Source: Lepidodermella squamata
Taxonomy: Eukaryota > Animalia > Gastrotricha
DNA: 64,000 nt
Assembly (NCBI GenBank): GCA_047495785.1
Contig: JBLDXI010000010.1
Coordinates: forward strand, 868,001-932,000
Reading direction: 5' to 3'
The position numbers were made by a program, and so were the translations under genes. The notes below the pieces were generated by a model that worked only from the letters and a program-made list of their open reading frames with translations, was not told the DNA's origin and did no database searches. Shown here piece by piece: positions 35,459 through 48,493 of the stretch; positions within the stretch are counted from its first letter, which is position 1, and the number at the start of each line of letters is the position of its first letter.

Positions 35459-37699
35459 CTACCGCTTTCGCCAGGAAGCAACCGGGTAAAGTTGTACGGC
35501 AGAGCTTGTAACCGAGAGCAGCAAAGCAGATATGGAAATTGCAATTTGTTGCGTAACAACTTCCTTAGCCAGGATTAGCGCTATGAGAATTCCGGCTGGA
35601 AGAAGAGTTGCAGTTGTAGCGATCCCAGTGCAACTCAAATTGAACTCATGACGGTACTCCTTATTCGATATGATTCCTTTTTTCCGCGTTTGATACGCAG
35701 AGAATGCAGCGATAAGTAGCAAGACCTCTGCATCAGCCGCTATGGTGCCGAGAATCGCCCAGCAATCTGCACTTCCTTCACATTTGACAACTACCTTTTC
35801 GATAAATATATCAGCCGCCTCGTCGTAAGTCGGAGAGTTTGACTCGGCGACATAGCATATTGTTTTCCGATTCGCCACCCATGCGATGAGTAAAAATATA
35901 TTCAAAAGGAAGTAGGCAAGTGCGTTCTTCATCGTCCTTGATTCTGAGTATTCGAGTGAGGAGGCTGCAGTCAACCTGATTCCAGCAGACATTTGCCGTC
36001 TGACAGTTTGCAAGCTGGAGTTTCGAGCAACCCAGACGGAAGCTTTCACTCGGGCTTTAGCGCCCATAATGCGGAAGGATGGTATGCTTGCGATTAAAGT
36101 TACTCCAACCGACATCAGGACGTATGCTGCATCCTCAAGAGCAGCGCTCCTTTCGTCACGTTCGATCGCGAATAGTATGCAGGACACATTGAGAAAAGCA
36201 GACCCTAGCAAGCCGGAAACTTTGCAAAACTTCAGATGCGTGGTACGAGCTGCGATCCAGCAAATTGCAAACGCCTGAATCACAAGAAGTAAACCAGCTG
36301 CAATCCACATCGATAGGGACGTTGCGAATGAGATGTTAAGAAGGATTCTCGAAGTAATAGGCTGGTCGTAGGGAGCTGCCCCCTTTATCCACTGAATCGG
36401 GGCTCTAATCTTTGTGATGAAGCCCTGAATCTCATAATCTGTTACATTCGGAAATTTCCTATAGTGGATCGCGTCGTGAAATCCTAATTCGGAGTTCCAC
36501 TGCGACAAGGCAACGATATCTCCCAATAATTGGCCGTCTTTACTATAGGAAATCCGGCCAACTCTCATCCCAGTGATGTTAGTCTCGAGAACAGCCTCCC
36601 TCGCGATTTGGCTCACAATTCGAGGTTGGCTTTGGTAGTCAAAAAGACTCAAATTGTACCTAGCCTTAAGGATGCGGTCAGTCCTATCCAATGCAAAAAT
36701 AGTTGTTAGCAACCCATCTCTATGGACGTAGGAAAAGGTCGATTCGCCAGGCGTGACCCCAATCGATTTAGCTAGAAACGCCTGGAAATCAGCAGCTGTA
36801 TCTCCGAGATCGGTTGTCCTCGTCAAATTTTCAGGGATTGCAGCATTTCCGATAAAGTAGGTTTGCCGATACTGCTCGTAAAATACTTCCTTCGAGCAAC
36901 CTGGTGGGACGATTAATGTGAATGATGTGTAGAGAGCTATGAAAACGTATCGGGGCCCCGTTATACCCTGTCGGTGAGCCTCGCAGAGAAACAACGGGAC
37001 TAAAGCCTGCACGCCACTGATCGAGAGAAAAATAATTCGCTGCTTAGAATCTTTGACTCTAAGAACAGTTTCATACGTAACCTCAGAGATTAAGTCGAAA
37101 TGAGGTACTTCGAAGCTGTTTGTAACAGCTTTTTCGTGGAGAAAGAACGCAGTCGTGAAATCGACAGCTACAGTTGGTGTTGCTAGAAGAGCAAACGACT
37201 TCCATTTTCCAACATTAGCCATGAAGTTCAAAGTAGCCGTTGCAACGTCTTGATACGTTGCAAGGGTTAGGAATAGGTTCTGATAGATCTTTCGATCGCT
37301 AAGAAACGGGGCAGCACAAAATGCTGAAATTGTGACTGTGTCCAAATGAGGCAAAACGCGGGCAATTGCTTTGCATCCAGCTGAGAACATGAGGCCTGAA
37401 GTGATAGGTGATTGGTAGCCGGGTTCACGCCTGTGTTGGACGAGCCTTTGCACAGCTTGGAATCCAAGCAATTCCTCCTTTCGATCTAGCTCGATAAAGT
37501 AATCGGGTAAAATATCTTGTCGCGAGTTGATTCGTTCCATAGCGTAATCAAGAGCTGCATTTATCGCCTGTACTTGCTTTGGGTCCAAACCGAACGACGG
37601 GGCAGAATACAACAGCTTTATCCGATGGGTTTTATTCCGAAACTCACCATTTATCAAATTGAAAAGTAGAAACGTCGCTAATTTGAGCATGATGTACAT
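35459..37699 (-). CDS. Divergent class C GPCR, GABA-B-like (intronless), duplicate 2
   Basis: 746-aa ORF, colinear with and highly similar to 29283-31592. The 5' flank is also duplicated (cacgaatg..tcgaatctg..tatccggaaatta). Confidence 0.9.
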   Translation of the reverse strand: MYIMLKLATFLLFNLINGEFRNKTHRIKLLYSAPSFGLDPKQVQAINAALDYAMERINSRQDILPDYFIELDRKEELLGFQAVQRLVQHRREPGYQSPITSGLMFSAGCKAIARVLPHLDTVTISAFCAAPFLSDRKIYQNLFLTLATYQDVATATLNFMANVGKWKSFALLATPTVAVDFTTAFFLHEKAVTNSFEVPHFDLISEVTYETVLRVKDSKQRIIFLSISGVQALVPLFLCEAHRQGITGPRYVFIALYTSFTLIVPPGCSKEVFYEQYRQTYFIGNAAIPENLTRTTDLGDTAADFQAFLAKSIGVTPGESTFSYVHRDGLLTTIFALDRTDRILKARYNLSLFDYQSQPRIVSQIAREAVLETNITGMRVGRISYSKDGQLLGDIVALSQWNSELGFHDAIHYRKFPNVTDYEIQGFITKIRAPIQWIKGAAPYDQPITSRILLNISFATSLSMWIAAGLLLVIQAFAICWIAARTTHLKFCKVSGLLGSAFLNVSCILFAIERDERSAALEDAAYVLMSVGVTLIASIPSFRIMGAKARVKASVWVARNSSLQTVRRQMSAGIRLTAASSLEYSESRTMKNALAYFLLNIFLLIAWVANRKTICYVAESNSPTYDEAADIFIEKVVVKCEGSADCWAILGTIAADAEVLLLIAAFSAYQTRKKGIISNKEYRHEFNLSCTGIATTATLLPAGILIALILAKEVVTQQIAISISALLLSVTSSAVQLYPVASWRKR

Positions 37700-38021
37700 C
37701 CTCGCACCGTATATAATTCACGAATGTTTGTGTCGAATCTGTTGTAAAATGGCATTTTATTGTGTTGCGCCGTCAAAACATGACACGATGTTCTCACTTC
37801 CGTATCCGGAAATTATTTCGATCAAGGAAATGTGTGAGTGTTGAGGTCCTTGATAATAGCTCTGTCCTACTAGTATAGGCGTTACGACAATTGCATATTT
37901 GAACACATTCGACGTTTGTGCTGTCACGGTGTTCTTGCTTTTATTCTGGTTTAGCTGTTAATTTATCACAGTTATCGGGCATCGGGCGCAGTTAGTAGAA
38001 TGTCATAATTTATTTGGTCGT

Positions 38022-40925
38022 TCAACCTCCGAGGTCGATTTCGCAAATAGGATAGCCGTAGAAAGCGGCACAATCGTTCGTTGACCATCCGCTGGTTAGT
38101 TGACCTGTGCCAGGAATAAACGCGCAGTTCCCAGATGCTGGATTGCCTTGGTTCCAGTTCTTGAACGCCACAGGCTCCCCGTTATCCCAAGTATTGAACG
38201 GTTGTTTCAGCCCAATATGAAAGCTTCCGATTTGCTGGCGCAACACTGTATCAAATCATTACGGTGAAAGGTGGAAGCTCAACATCGAAAACTGACTTGC
38301 AACGTTCATTATAAGGCTGTGAACATAATTTTGCTCAGCCGCAGTTGTTATCGTAACCAAATGCCATCCGTTTTGCTGGCAGATGGTTGCTGCTTCAGAA
38401 CGAATCCGCGCCAATGTGTAAATCTGATAGCAACTTCCTCCAAAAAAATTTGCACACCCTTTGAAAGATAAACGTATTAAAGTAGGAAGTGTGATTGTAT
38501 TGTTATTGATTGCTAACAATTCTTCATCGAAATGCTGCATATAGGGTTTGCTAAGGCATCGATCCGCTGTATTGTCCAATCGTAGGCGTCATCACCTGAT
38601 GTTGCAGGAGTGATTGCTACATAGGGTGACAGAGCATCACCAAAGTTCGATCCGGCCGCCCAGTCCGTTTCAGCTATTAGAGAAAAATAATTCAAACAAA
38701 CTACAGAAGAAACAGACAAAACCGTACGACAAATTGGTAGTTGTTGGCAATACTCCTTAGTGTTATTATCAGATCGATGACACCAAGGTCCATTTGGCAT
38801 CGATAGATCAGGATTTCTACAGTAAGACTGGTTGTTCGATAGCTCAGGGAAAGCGTAGTCGCTGTAACTCCCCGCCAGGCTCCATTGCTTGCATGGAGCT
38901 CCAGAAGCTGTTGTAGCAAGCTCACCGCCAAACTCGCGGCCTGGTGGGGTGAATCGGCATTGTTGAGGATACCACTGGCTTGTAGCTTTAGAGATATGAA
39001 TATGACTAACGAATCTCAGCGAAGAAGAAGTGAATAATCTTACGAATCTCGCAAACAATCGGTAGTGGGGCATCGCAGTAGCGATCTAACATTGGTGTCA
39101 TTGAAGCGCAGTTTTCGCCGCTTAACCCGCTTCTATAGAACATATACTCAGATAAACATCAGTTCTCGAGCTTAAAGGAGTTCTGATGTCGCTCTCATGA
39201 TGATTCAGGTTTCAATGGAAATTAATTTATTATTGGAATGGGGGATCGGAGGAAGGGGGCTTAATGCCAAATATTTTCGATCATCCATCGTATTTGAAGT
39301 CTTTACACTTTACATGTCTAGTGATCGATTGGGGCAAACTTTATTTAAACTTTAGGTAAACAAGATACGGATTTGTGTACTTACACATCTGACCACCCGA
39401 AAAAGTCGTAGGCGGCATTGCTTCCCAGCGTAATGCTATCGTAATCTGTCATCCAGCCTGATGCTTTTTTCACGTACTGGGCGAAAAGATGATATTTCGC
39501 GTAGCCGGCGCCATTCGTTTGCATTGTATTGACAAAAGACGTCAGTAATTGCGCCTTTTGAGTTTTCTCACTCGGGGTTGGTAGAACTCCGCCCATTTTT
39601 TGGCAACGCTGCTTACCGCCAGAGTAGTCCATCGTAGGCTGCTGAACATGGACGTAGCACACATCGTGATACTTCAAACCAAACGGGCAAGGTCCAGACT
39701 GTACATCTTTGAAATCAATCGTTGCAGTTGTCATACTTGCATCTCGATACGCGAAGCCTTTTGATTGGCAGCAACACTCATTTCCAACCACATTTGTTCG
39801 GTAACTAGCAGCCATGGCCAAATTACCGTAATTACCTTTGCACTGCTGAACACAACCAGGGATGCTAATAGGCCTATCAACCGTTCCTGTCTCGCAAGAG
39901 CCGGTGATTTGAAAACCGGGGATAACCGTGTTAAGAGTGGCAGATGGCGGTCGATTCGGTCGAACTTTGTCGTAAGTTACAAAACCTTGATCGGCATTCG
40001 TCGTAGCTTGGCACGAGTGGTATTTGAAGACGCACCATTTCGAGATTCGATGATACACGAAAGCAACACATTTGTCTCGCAGTAAACGATCGCATTTCAC
40101 GGCGCATTCTTCAGGTCCTTTAACATTATCGGCCTGCATGATAGACCATGATGAGCAGTCGCCAAGCCGTTTGTGGTATCCTCTTATTTCTAGAGATAAG
40201 AATAGGAATCGAAAACTTAATTACAAGATTGATCTCCTCATACCTGGAACGGGCCTAGGAAACAAGGTACCAGCAAATCTGGCGTAACCGGTCCACCACT
40301 TTTGAACATTGGGATATTTTGTCTTCAGGATCTATAAGCATAGATTAGAGAAAGAAGCCACATTAAATTACTAAATTACGTTGTATAGGAATTTTCGTTG
40401 TTTTTCTGTTTGGAACGTAACTAAATCTGATCCTAACCGTTCGTCGCACATTTGCCAAGCGAAAGGACGCGTCATATTCTGGTCCAAAGCAAGGTAACAC
40501 ACATCGCTTTCGAAATCAGCCTCCCAACCTGCGGGGCAGAGCTTTGCCTGCAAAATTCTTGAAAGTTAGACCGGGTGCACTAGAGCTCTATTTTTTACCT
40601 TGTAATACATTTGATGATTCATCGCGATGTCTGTCGTTAGTTCGGGTAGCGGTTTTGGTAATTTAGGATGGCTGTAAACTTTGCAGGATTGAAATGCTTC
40701 GCTGTACGCCACACTATTACAGCTTGATCCTTTCGCGTAGCATTGATAGAAACATTCAAGTTTAGTTTTAATTTTCCCGTCGAATACAGGTCTAAATTCG
40801 GCCGGGAGCATCGAAGCAAACTCGGGCTTTCGAACCCATTGATCGACCCCAGTCAGCGATTGAGGCTGAGCTGGGTGAAGAAGGTTGTAGAAAATGTTGA
40901 TAATCGCGATAATTATTGACCTCAT
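38022..40925 (-). CDS. Secreted multidomain PAN/Apple - C-type lectin - PAN - C-type lectin - Kringle - C-type lectin protein
   Basis: Signal peptide MRSIIIAIINIF. PAN (ECFYQCYAKGSSCNSVAY; ECAVKCD..CVAFVY..CVFK). CTLDs (CPAGWE..CY; CPFG..CYVH..CQKMGGVL; CYQIY..CQQNGWHLVTI..IGL..NWNQGNP..C..WSTNDC..PICE). Kringle (TTASGAPCKQW..YCRNPD..GPWC..EYC). Confidence 0.85.
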
Positions 40926-40942
40926 TGCACACCGGACTAAGT

Positions 40943-41941
40943 GGTTGTACGACTTTTCAGCAGTGACATTTCAGCAAATGAGGGTCAAATCATCAGTGAC
41001 TTTTCATCAGTGACAAATGAGCAGTGACATTTGAGCTGCGACATTTGCGCAGAGACAAATCATCAGTGACACGTTAGCAGTGATTTTTGATGAGTTATCC
41101 TAATTTATTCCAAATTTATTATCTTTATCTCGGCGACATTTGCGCAGTGACATTTCAGCGGAGACATTTCATCAGGAGAATTTCAGCCTTATTCAGCAGG
41201 GGGACTATGCGCTGCATTGAAGTTAAGCTCAAAAAGTGCAAGTTCAATGCCCGATATTAATGAATAAAAATTGATGAAGTGTCACTTGCTCATTTGTCAC
41301 TGATGAAAAGTCACTGCTCAATAGTCACTGATTTTTTGTCGCTGCTGAAATGTCACTGCTCACTTGTCTGCAAGAATTATATAAATGAAACGTCGCTGAG
41401 TTCAACGGACCAAATTTTAGCGGACCAGTGTTTCGGACTAGGTCGGAGGTGTGCCATATGATTAGTCGATTCACCATGAAAAGTGCCATCCAATGACCTA
41501 CTATGCACACTTGAGCTATTTAGCCTCACTCTGGCGGTTGCAAACATCCAAGTACTACAACTTGATTTGGTCCGCTAAATTGGGTCCGCCGAGTTCAACA
41601 AAGCCGGGGTTTTTGGAGCTCAGCGGACCCTGGTTTAGCGGACCGCTCTGTTTAAAGCAGCCCCCTATTAAGATGGAATGCTAATTTGGGTCATAATTGG
41701 TCTCATTAGATGCGCCACACCTTGCCGCACTTGGCACTCAAGTGGCACACTTCGATGGTATCCATGACTAGGATATAAGGGGTAATAAGTGTGGTCCGCC
41801 AAGAAATGGTCCGTTGAACTCAACGACGTTACAAAAGTTAGATTTTTATGAATTTTTTACTGACAAAGTGTCACTGATGAAAAGTCACTGCTGATTTGAC
41901 CCTCATTTGCTGAAGTGTCACTGCTGAAAAGTCTGACCACG
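40943..41941. mobile_element. Non-autonomous Mutator/Foldback-like element with 9-bp TSD
   Basis: Direct repeat GGACTAAGT at 40934-40942 and 41942-41950. TIRs of ~70 bp (GACTTTTCAGCAGTGACA..GAGGGTCAAATC) contain many CAGTGACA subrepeats, with further inverted subrepeats at 41279-41362. Confidence 0.8.
41389..41830. mobile_element. Nested MITE inside the 40943-41941 element
   Basis: Inverted termini of ~40 bp: AACGTCGCTGAGTTCAACGGACCA..GCGGACCA / TGGTCCGC..TGGTCCGTTGAACTCAACGACGTT. Internal GCGGACC/GGTCCGC motifs. No clear TSD. Confidence 0.6.
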
Positions 41942-44813
41942 GGACTAAGTTTATTATTTTGCTGGATCTTTAGGCGCACCTTTGTTCCGAAGGAACGAAA
42001 GTGACCACCCAATTGCCTTTTTACGCGCCCTTTTCCATTTTCCCTGTTAGTTAACTGGGCGCACCCCCAAATTCCAAAAGGGCAGGGTTTTTGATCCGAT
42101 TACCTTGCAAGTTATATCAATCGATAGCCCTTGACGAGAATAGCTTATAAAAGATTTTCCAGCTGTTTTCGCCGGACCAGTTTGAAGAAATTGGCAAAAA
42201 ACTGCATTTGTCCTACTTTTCTGGGGACATGACCCAATTTAAAGTAGGTCATGGTGTTACTATTTTTAGCTGCGCAATCACTAATATAGGGCCAGTACTG
42301 CGCACATCACTAATAATAGATGTACTAAACGATTTTGGCCTTGGCCATTGTGACTTGAGCTTGCTTATAATTTGGCCTCCCTCCTCGGGGAGGGAGGCTT
42401 TCGACAGATCATTGCTTACATACATTTTCTAAAAGACGTAACCTCGCGCAACAAAGGCCTAATTGATGCAATACTTTGCGGCACAGTAAAAGATGAATTA
42501 TCATCACGAATCCGGCAACCATTCGTACGGCAAAACGCATAACCTATACACCTCATATCACATTTTTTGGTTTATTTATGGCGTAGATGAAGCTCATTGG
42601 ATTAGAGCATTTTATACTGCATTCAAGAACAGGAGATTACCCGCTTTATATGATAGCTACCAAAAGAACCAGTTTTTTGGAGTACAAACGATTGATGAAA
42701 ATGGAGATAATTTCGGCTAATTTTCCTGCTTGATTGTCCGCTTGCATTTTTCATGAAAAATGGGCTCTGTAAAAAGCTTGGCTTTGATGGAAACAAATGG
42801 GATTTCCTGATTTTAGAAATGTTGGCGATACCTAAGATAACTTCGAACAGGTACAACTTTGAACATTCACGCAAATCAGCTTTTCTCTGAAACCATGGTG
42901 ATCTACCACTTGGGAATTTTACTGAATACAAATATCATTGTGGTCTAACATTATTTTGCCAAGTTTCATCAACACAGACTCCACGGTCTCTCCCTTAAAA
43001 AATCTCGAAATGGTCTACTTTGAAGTGTTGCCCTGCGATAACCGTGGCAGATATCCACGAGGTCCAACTTGGCGAATTCAAGCCTATATACTTTTCTGAA
43101 GAAGTAGCCAAAAAGGCACGCCCATCTATAGAGTGGTTTTCGCGTGGCATTCGCTCAAAGTTGCCAGGGTAGCCGGTACAACTTTGAACACGATAGAAAT
43201 TCATTATATTGAATTTTGGGGAATTTAATTTGGGGACTTCCAAGATTTTTATAGACTTCGTTCGCATTTACTGAACTCTACTATGCTCCATGGAGAACGT
43301 AGTGATCAGAAAAAAGACTTCCTATATCGTAATGGCAACGAATTAATTTCAAATTCCGAGTAAAAAGTCCACCATAAAAATGTTGATAACTTATTATTTA
43401 TCAATTTTCACGCACTACGTTTTCGAATTTCACGCGAAATTCTCTGCGCCCGAATAAAGGTGGATTTTATATTTCACGAAATCTTGGTGTTAAAAGTTGT
43501 ACTTTTGGGGTACCCCTTGCCAAATCCTTACGCTTGCGAATTTCCGAGAATAATAAATATCAGGATGTTACGGTGGGCGGCCACAGTCGAACTACGTTGA
43601 AAGCCGGACCAAAATCGCATCTGTTGAATTTACACAGCACATTGAAGTTTGCATGGACGTATGTGTTCAAAGTTGTACCGGATTACGGTAGTGCTAAATT
43701 TCATGAATCGTTTGTACCAATCGTTGTTCTAAAAATTCGACGAATTGGTATCATTTATTGACAGAATTCATAGATCGTTCTTGTCGCGCAATAAGGATGA
43801 CCTTGTCGATAACATTTTCCGAAACCATTTGTTCTGTCAGTCTTATGGATTGTTTTTTAAATGACATAAGTCACATATGTACACTTTTGCATTCGCTAAT
43901 TACGCGCTCTTGCCGTTTTTCGTCTTTCAGGTGGGAGATAAGGGTTGATATGTACCTGCTATCTGATACCAGAGTAAAGACTAATTGTCACCAGGAGAAA
44001 TCAGCTGAAAGGTTGGCGAATGTTGATGGCCAGCGAAAGGATAACTATTAAGGATGAGATTGTCGAAAACCTTTTCGAAACTCATTAGTTTTGGCGGTCT
44101 GGCCACACATCGTTAGCATAACACACCATCGTTTAAACCTGCGGCTATTTTGGAGGGTGGGGTTCAGGCCCTTCCTTATTAAGGGAGGGCGTTTTGGGAG
44201 AGTTGGTTTAACCTCTAAATTCGATTATCCCTCATCATTAACCTTTTTATATTGAGCTAGCACTTTACTAGCACAAACAGCTGGAGTGAATGCAATCGCT
44301 ATTGATGAGATGTCATTGATTGTTTGGCTGATAGGCGTATGAAAAGGTCGATCGCGTGATGCGTCACATGCCTTATCATTCGCCCTGCCACTCATTTTCG
44401 ACGTAAACAAGCTGAACTATAGATGACCTTGGTTACACTGTCTCTCTGGCGGAGAAAGACATCATCCAGCATTGGCAGTTCGTAAGAGATTGAATCCTCA
44501 TATGACAATCAACTTTAGAATACACTATTTATAAGAACTTTTTTCTTTTAGTATGAATTCATCAAATGGAAGTCGTGGCAAAGTGCTTTTAAAACCTTAC
44601 CCCAACTCATATGTTCAGCTGCGTGCTTTGGTATACGTTCGGTATACAAAGATTTATCAGGCAAAATTCATCCAGTGAAATAGATAAAAGGTTTAGAGTC
44701 AAATAAAGAGACCACAAGTGAGGCCGATATCAGAACTTATCAGCCGCTATCATTAGATATACTGCGGCCTATTTTCGTTGTGCCAAACCCAGTTATTTCG
44801 TTTGATTAAGCAA

Positions 44814-45185
44814 ATGTCGCGTCTCATAACGGAGCATTTCGTTGAAATCTGTAGATGGATGGATTTTGACGCAGTTCGTTTAGCTCAGCACTTGCCATCA
44901 ACTAAAAATGAAGACCTAATCACACGTCTTCGGCTTGCCGATGGAGATAATGGGGCTCAGGAAGCACGTCATTTATTTTGCGATTACTGGTTAACCTGCT
45001 TCACGTTTGATGATCTCATGGTCTTGGCGGAATTTATCAGCCGTGAAAACGCTGTAATGCTCGAAAACCAGAGACGGGCTTTAGTACTGAGTCCTTACAT
45101 CAACGACGCAGCTAAAGCAACCCTCACACGTCGGATTCCCTTAGGCTCAGTCAAAGCAGATGCCGAAGTTCAAGATTCCTCGTGA
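44814..45185 (+). CDS. Small helical protein, possibly death-fold (CARD-like)
   Basis: ATG 44814: MSRLITEHFVEICRWMDFDAVRLAQHL..EDLITRLRLAD..QEARHLFCDYW, with amphipathic helix spacing reminiscent of CARD. Assignment is weak. Confidence 0.35.
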   Translation: MSRLITEHFVEICRWMDFDAVRLAQHLPSTKNEDLITRLRLADGDNGAQEARHLFCDYWLTCFTFDDLMVLAEFISRENAVMLENQRRALVLSPYINDAAKATLTRRIPLGSVKADAEVQDSS

Positions 45186-45771
45186 GATTTTTCCTACGAA
45201 TCCCGCTCAATTTTATATCAAACTATAAAATACAGGCTCAATTCAGCGATTTCATCGGTCTTGAAAAGCACTGAACCGCGTCGAATCCAAGACTTGGATA
45301 ATTTTCTCAGGCTACATCCGTCTCCTAGCAATGAATTTCTTACTTGGTCACCAGGTCGAAACTTGAGGGAATGGCACGATTTTTTGAGAGCTCTTCGTCT
45401 CAGCAATAATTTTGAGTTAGCAAGGTAAATTCCTAAAATATGAAAGAATGATCCTTCATATAAGCTCTTTTTATTCCAGTGAACTAGAATCTGCTGTTGA
45501 ACAAGCCCTTCAAGTGAAAGCACCTTGAATGCTTTTAATAACTAATACTCATATTGATGCGTCTTTTTGACTATCTCTGTGGACGACGCCAGCGCTTTTC
45601 TGGTGCGTATGAAGTGAAATCAAGTCTTAATCGTTCGATATCTTAGAAATAGCTTGGCTTTAGCATATAGCTACATATAATCAAAGACATTCCATCGAAA
45701 ATCTTCAACATTCGGCCTGATTAATTGCCTATATAATTAGGAATTTATCACGTCTTACATCGGGCGTCAAC

Positions 45772-48112
45772 ATGCGATCAATAATGAAGTTCTCAATCAT
45801 GACAAAAATTTTCTTAATAAAAGTCATTCACTATTTCGCCGAAAACATGATGATCCCTTCGATGTTATACGCCCTGGTGATTTTGTTGAGTATCACATCA
45901 TTAAACGCTGCGAAGCCCAAAATTATGTCAGTGCTAGTCCTTGTTCCAATGACTGGTAACGAGCCACAAAACGGGGACGGTTGTCGCTATGGCGTTCAAT
46001 TAGCATTTGATAGCGTCAATGAGAACCCTAATATCCTGCCTGAGTACCACTTAGTTGGAATATATGCGGATGAAGGCCCAGCTGGACTCTACTCCCCACG
46101 TCAAGCTATTCAGTTCCGACGTAACACGAATCTAACGTTTCAGTCCCCGCTTCTCATTGGCCCGATATTCTCAACTGGTGGAGTGGGCCTAGCGTCGATG
46201 GTTCATCAAATCGACATGGTTCAACTCGCGACTGGAGTGAATACCCCTGTAACAACCGGTAATCGAAGGCTTTACCCCAATATCTATCGAGTAAGGATAA
46301 CAGGCGAGCTGGTCGCTTTCGCCCAGATGCGATTCATCCGCGATATCGGAAAATGGAATCGCTTCGGCATTGTCACATCCGTTGTCAACAGCTTCGACTC
46401 CGATTTAGCCAATTTCCTTTATAAAACCGCAATAAATAACGGCTTCAAAATCTCCTATTTCGGAACAGTCGCCGATATTACAGAAGAAACGGTTCGGGCA
46501 ATAAAATCATCTGATACTCGAGTTCTAGTTGTGGATAGCGGTACAGCGACCTTTGTCAATAAAATGCTCTGTTTTGGTTACATGGCAGGGTTGAAGGCTC
46601 CGAGGTACGTTTACATCATTCATTCTGGTTCCTACTCCGAACCGAGTGGTCTGCCACCTAACATTACGGCGGCACCTGGATGTTCACGGGAAATGCTTCT
46701 CGAGCAATACAAAATCACGATTTGGATTGCCTGGGCTAACGGACCAGCGCGAGAGTTCACGAACTCTAGCATAGTGACATCAAGCGGGATGAATCTGATT
46801 GACTTCGAGCGAAGGTATCGAAATATAACGAATGAAAGACCGCCATTAGACTACATGCGAAGATTTCAATGCCACGATGCTGGATTGGAAACTGCGGTGA
46901 TTCTAGACGCAGCTGAACGAAAATTACTAGCGAGAAACAAATCTTTAAGCGAATTTCAGTCATCTCCAAGGGAAATCATGCTTTTGGTCAATGAATCTGC
47001 TCTTAACGTAAAATTCGTCGGCCTTCGAGTGGGGAAGTTCGAATATTCAGCGCGAGGTGAGCCTGACTCGGATTCTCAAGCTGTAATCCAATGGACGCCC
47101 GAGAAAGGCCTGAGACTACTGTATGAAATTTACGCTAGCGATCATACATCAATCTATAACTTCTCTAGTTACCATACCAACGAGGCTGAGCAGCCCTCGT
47201 GGTTCACTGAAGACGGGAAATCTCCGAGGGATGTCTCCTTGGTTATTGTAGACTTGCAGCAAATACCAGAAGGCTTTTCATGGACAATTCTAGCATTTTC
47301 GTCCATAATCGCCCTATGCCAAGCCTATGCTTCCGGTAGAAGCGAGTCGTTTCAATGCCGGCAGTTTCTGAGAGGGGATAAGAAAATGCTATTCTTCGGC
47401 TGCATTTTAGTCGATTTCTCATCTTGTCTATTCGCCTTTCCATTCTACCGCGGATCTGTTGAGTTGTGCGTTATGCAGAGAATCGCGCCGATTTTAGGAA
47501 TAGGAGCGATTTTGAGCTTTTCCATGCTTCGACTTGAGAAAGGAAGACGCGAGATGAAAACGGCTGCATCGTTACGAGCGGAATCAGGTAGAGCGCTGAC
47601 GGCAGCGTTTACTGAACCACACCTTCGCTCAAAAGCCAAACGAACTTTACCATATCAGGCACAAGTATCTGCCATATCTAGCAATGTCTCTTTTAACCAC
47701 CTGGACAAACTTTTTTTCCTTCTTATTTCCGTTTATTCGATTTTGTGGAATTACTTTGACGTTCCGACCTACAGCATCTCACTGGTTTCGGAAAGGTATA
47801 ATCCTGCCACTGATACTCAATGGATTGTTAAAGCAGAAGGATGCCGATCAGACATGGATATACCTTGGTTGATGGGCGTTGTTGTGTTCTACATTATTCT
47901 AATGCTGTGGGGTGCTTTTTCGGCATTCGTTTTGCGCCGTATTGACGAGATTGACGCCGTATGCGAGAGCGTCGATAATCAACGCCCTGATTTTGGTCGT
48001 AGCGAGTGTTATGGTGTGCTATATCTTGAATTCACCGGCTGGACAGCTGATTGCGCTATCAATAATTAGTTTGATTATTTCTGTCGGGGCTTCGCCCTCA
48101 CTAAGAACGTGA
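45772..48112 (+). CDS. Divergent class C GPCR, GABA-B-like, with frameshift near 47960 (pseudogene or indel error)
   Basis: VFT motifs (AFDSVNENPNILPEY, LIGPIFS, KWNRFGIV, SPRD) and TM1-5 are in ORF 45772-48069. TM6-7 (RASIINALILVVASVMVCYILNSPAGQLIALSIISLII) lie in the overlapping frame 47912-48112. Likely start is Met at ~45847. Confidence 0.82.
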
Positions 48113-48493
48113 GATATTGGGCTACTAAGAAAATCAATAATGTTAGTGTGATCCAATCGTTTTATTATAAAATCTTATAATGCTGAAGATAGAAATAAGG
48201 GAATACTCTATGGCTAGCCATGGAGAAATAAAATTTCCCCCCGATCTGGAACCCCGAGTGAGTTTGGCGCAGCCAAACGAATCGAGGGGTTCCAGAGGGG
48301 TTCCAGAGAATAAAACTGAAAGAAAAGGGGACTGGGTGCAGAAGAAAAACCAAATTTGTTTCCTAAAAATTGTGAAATTATCTTTGTGAATCTTTTGACG
48401 AAAATAGGGTATATATGGCCTCACTCGCCACTCTCCTCCACTCATTTGACTACATGTTAACAACATCAATGATTGTACCAAGGGTGGGAACTT

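Noticed and set aside
42050-44500. Possible transposon or transposase remnant
   Set aside because: Repeat-like motifs and a hairpin (CCCTTCCTTATTAAGGGAGGG, ~44168) are present, but no paired ends, TSD or transposase motif could be identified; a repeat-library search is needed.
48246-48306. Small hairpin CTGGAACCCC...GGGGTTCCAG near the element
   Set aside because: It lies outside the TSD-defined boundary and is too short to classify.
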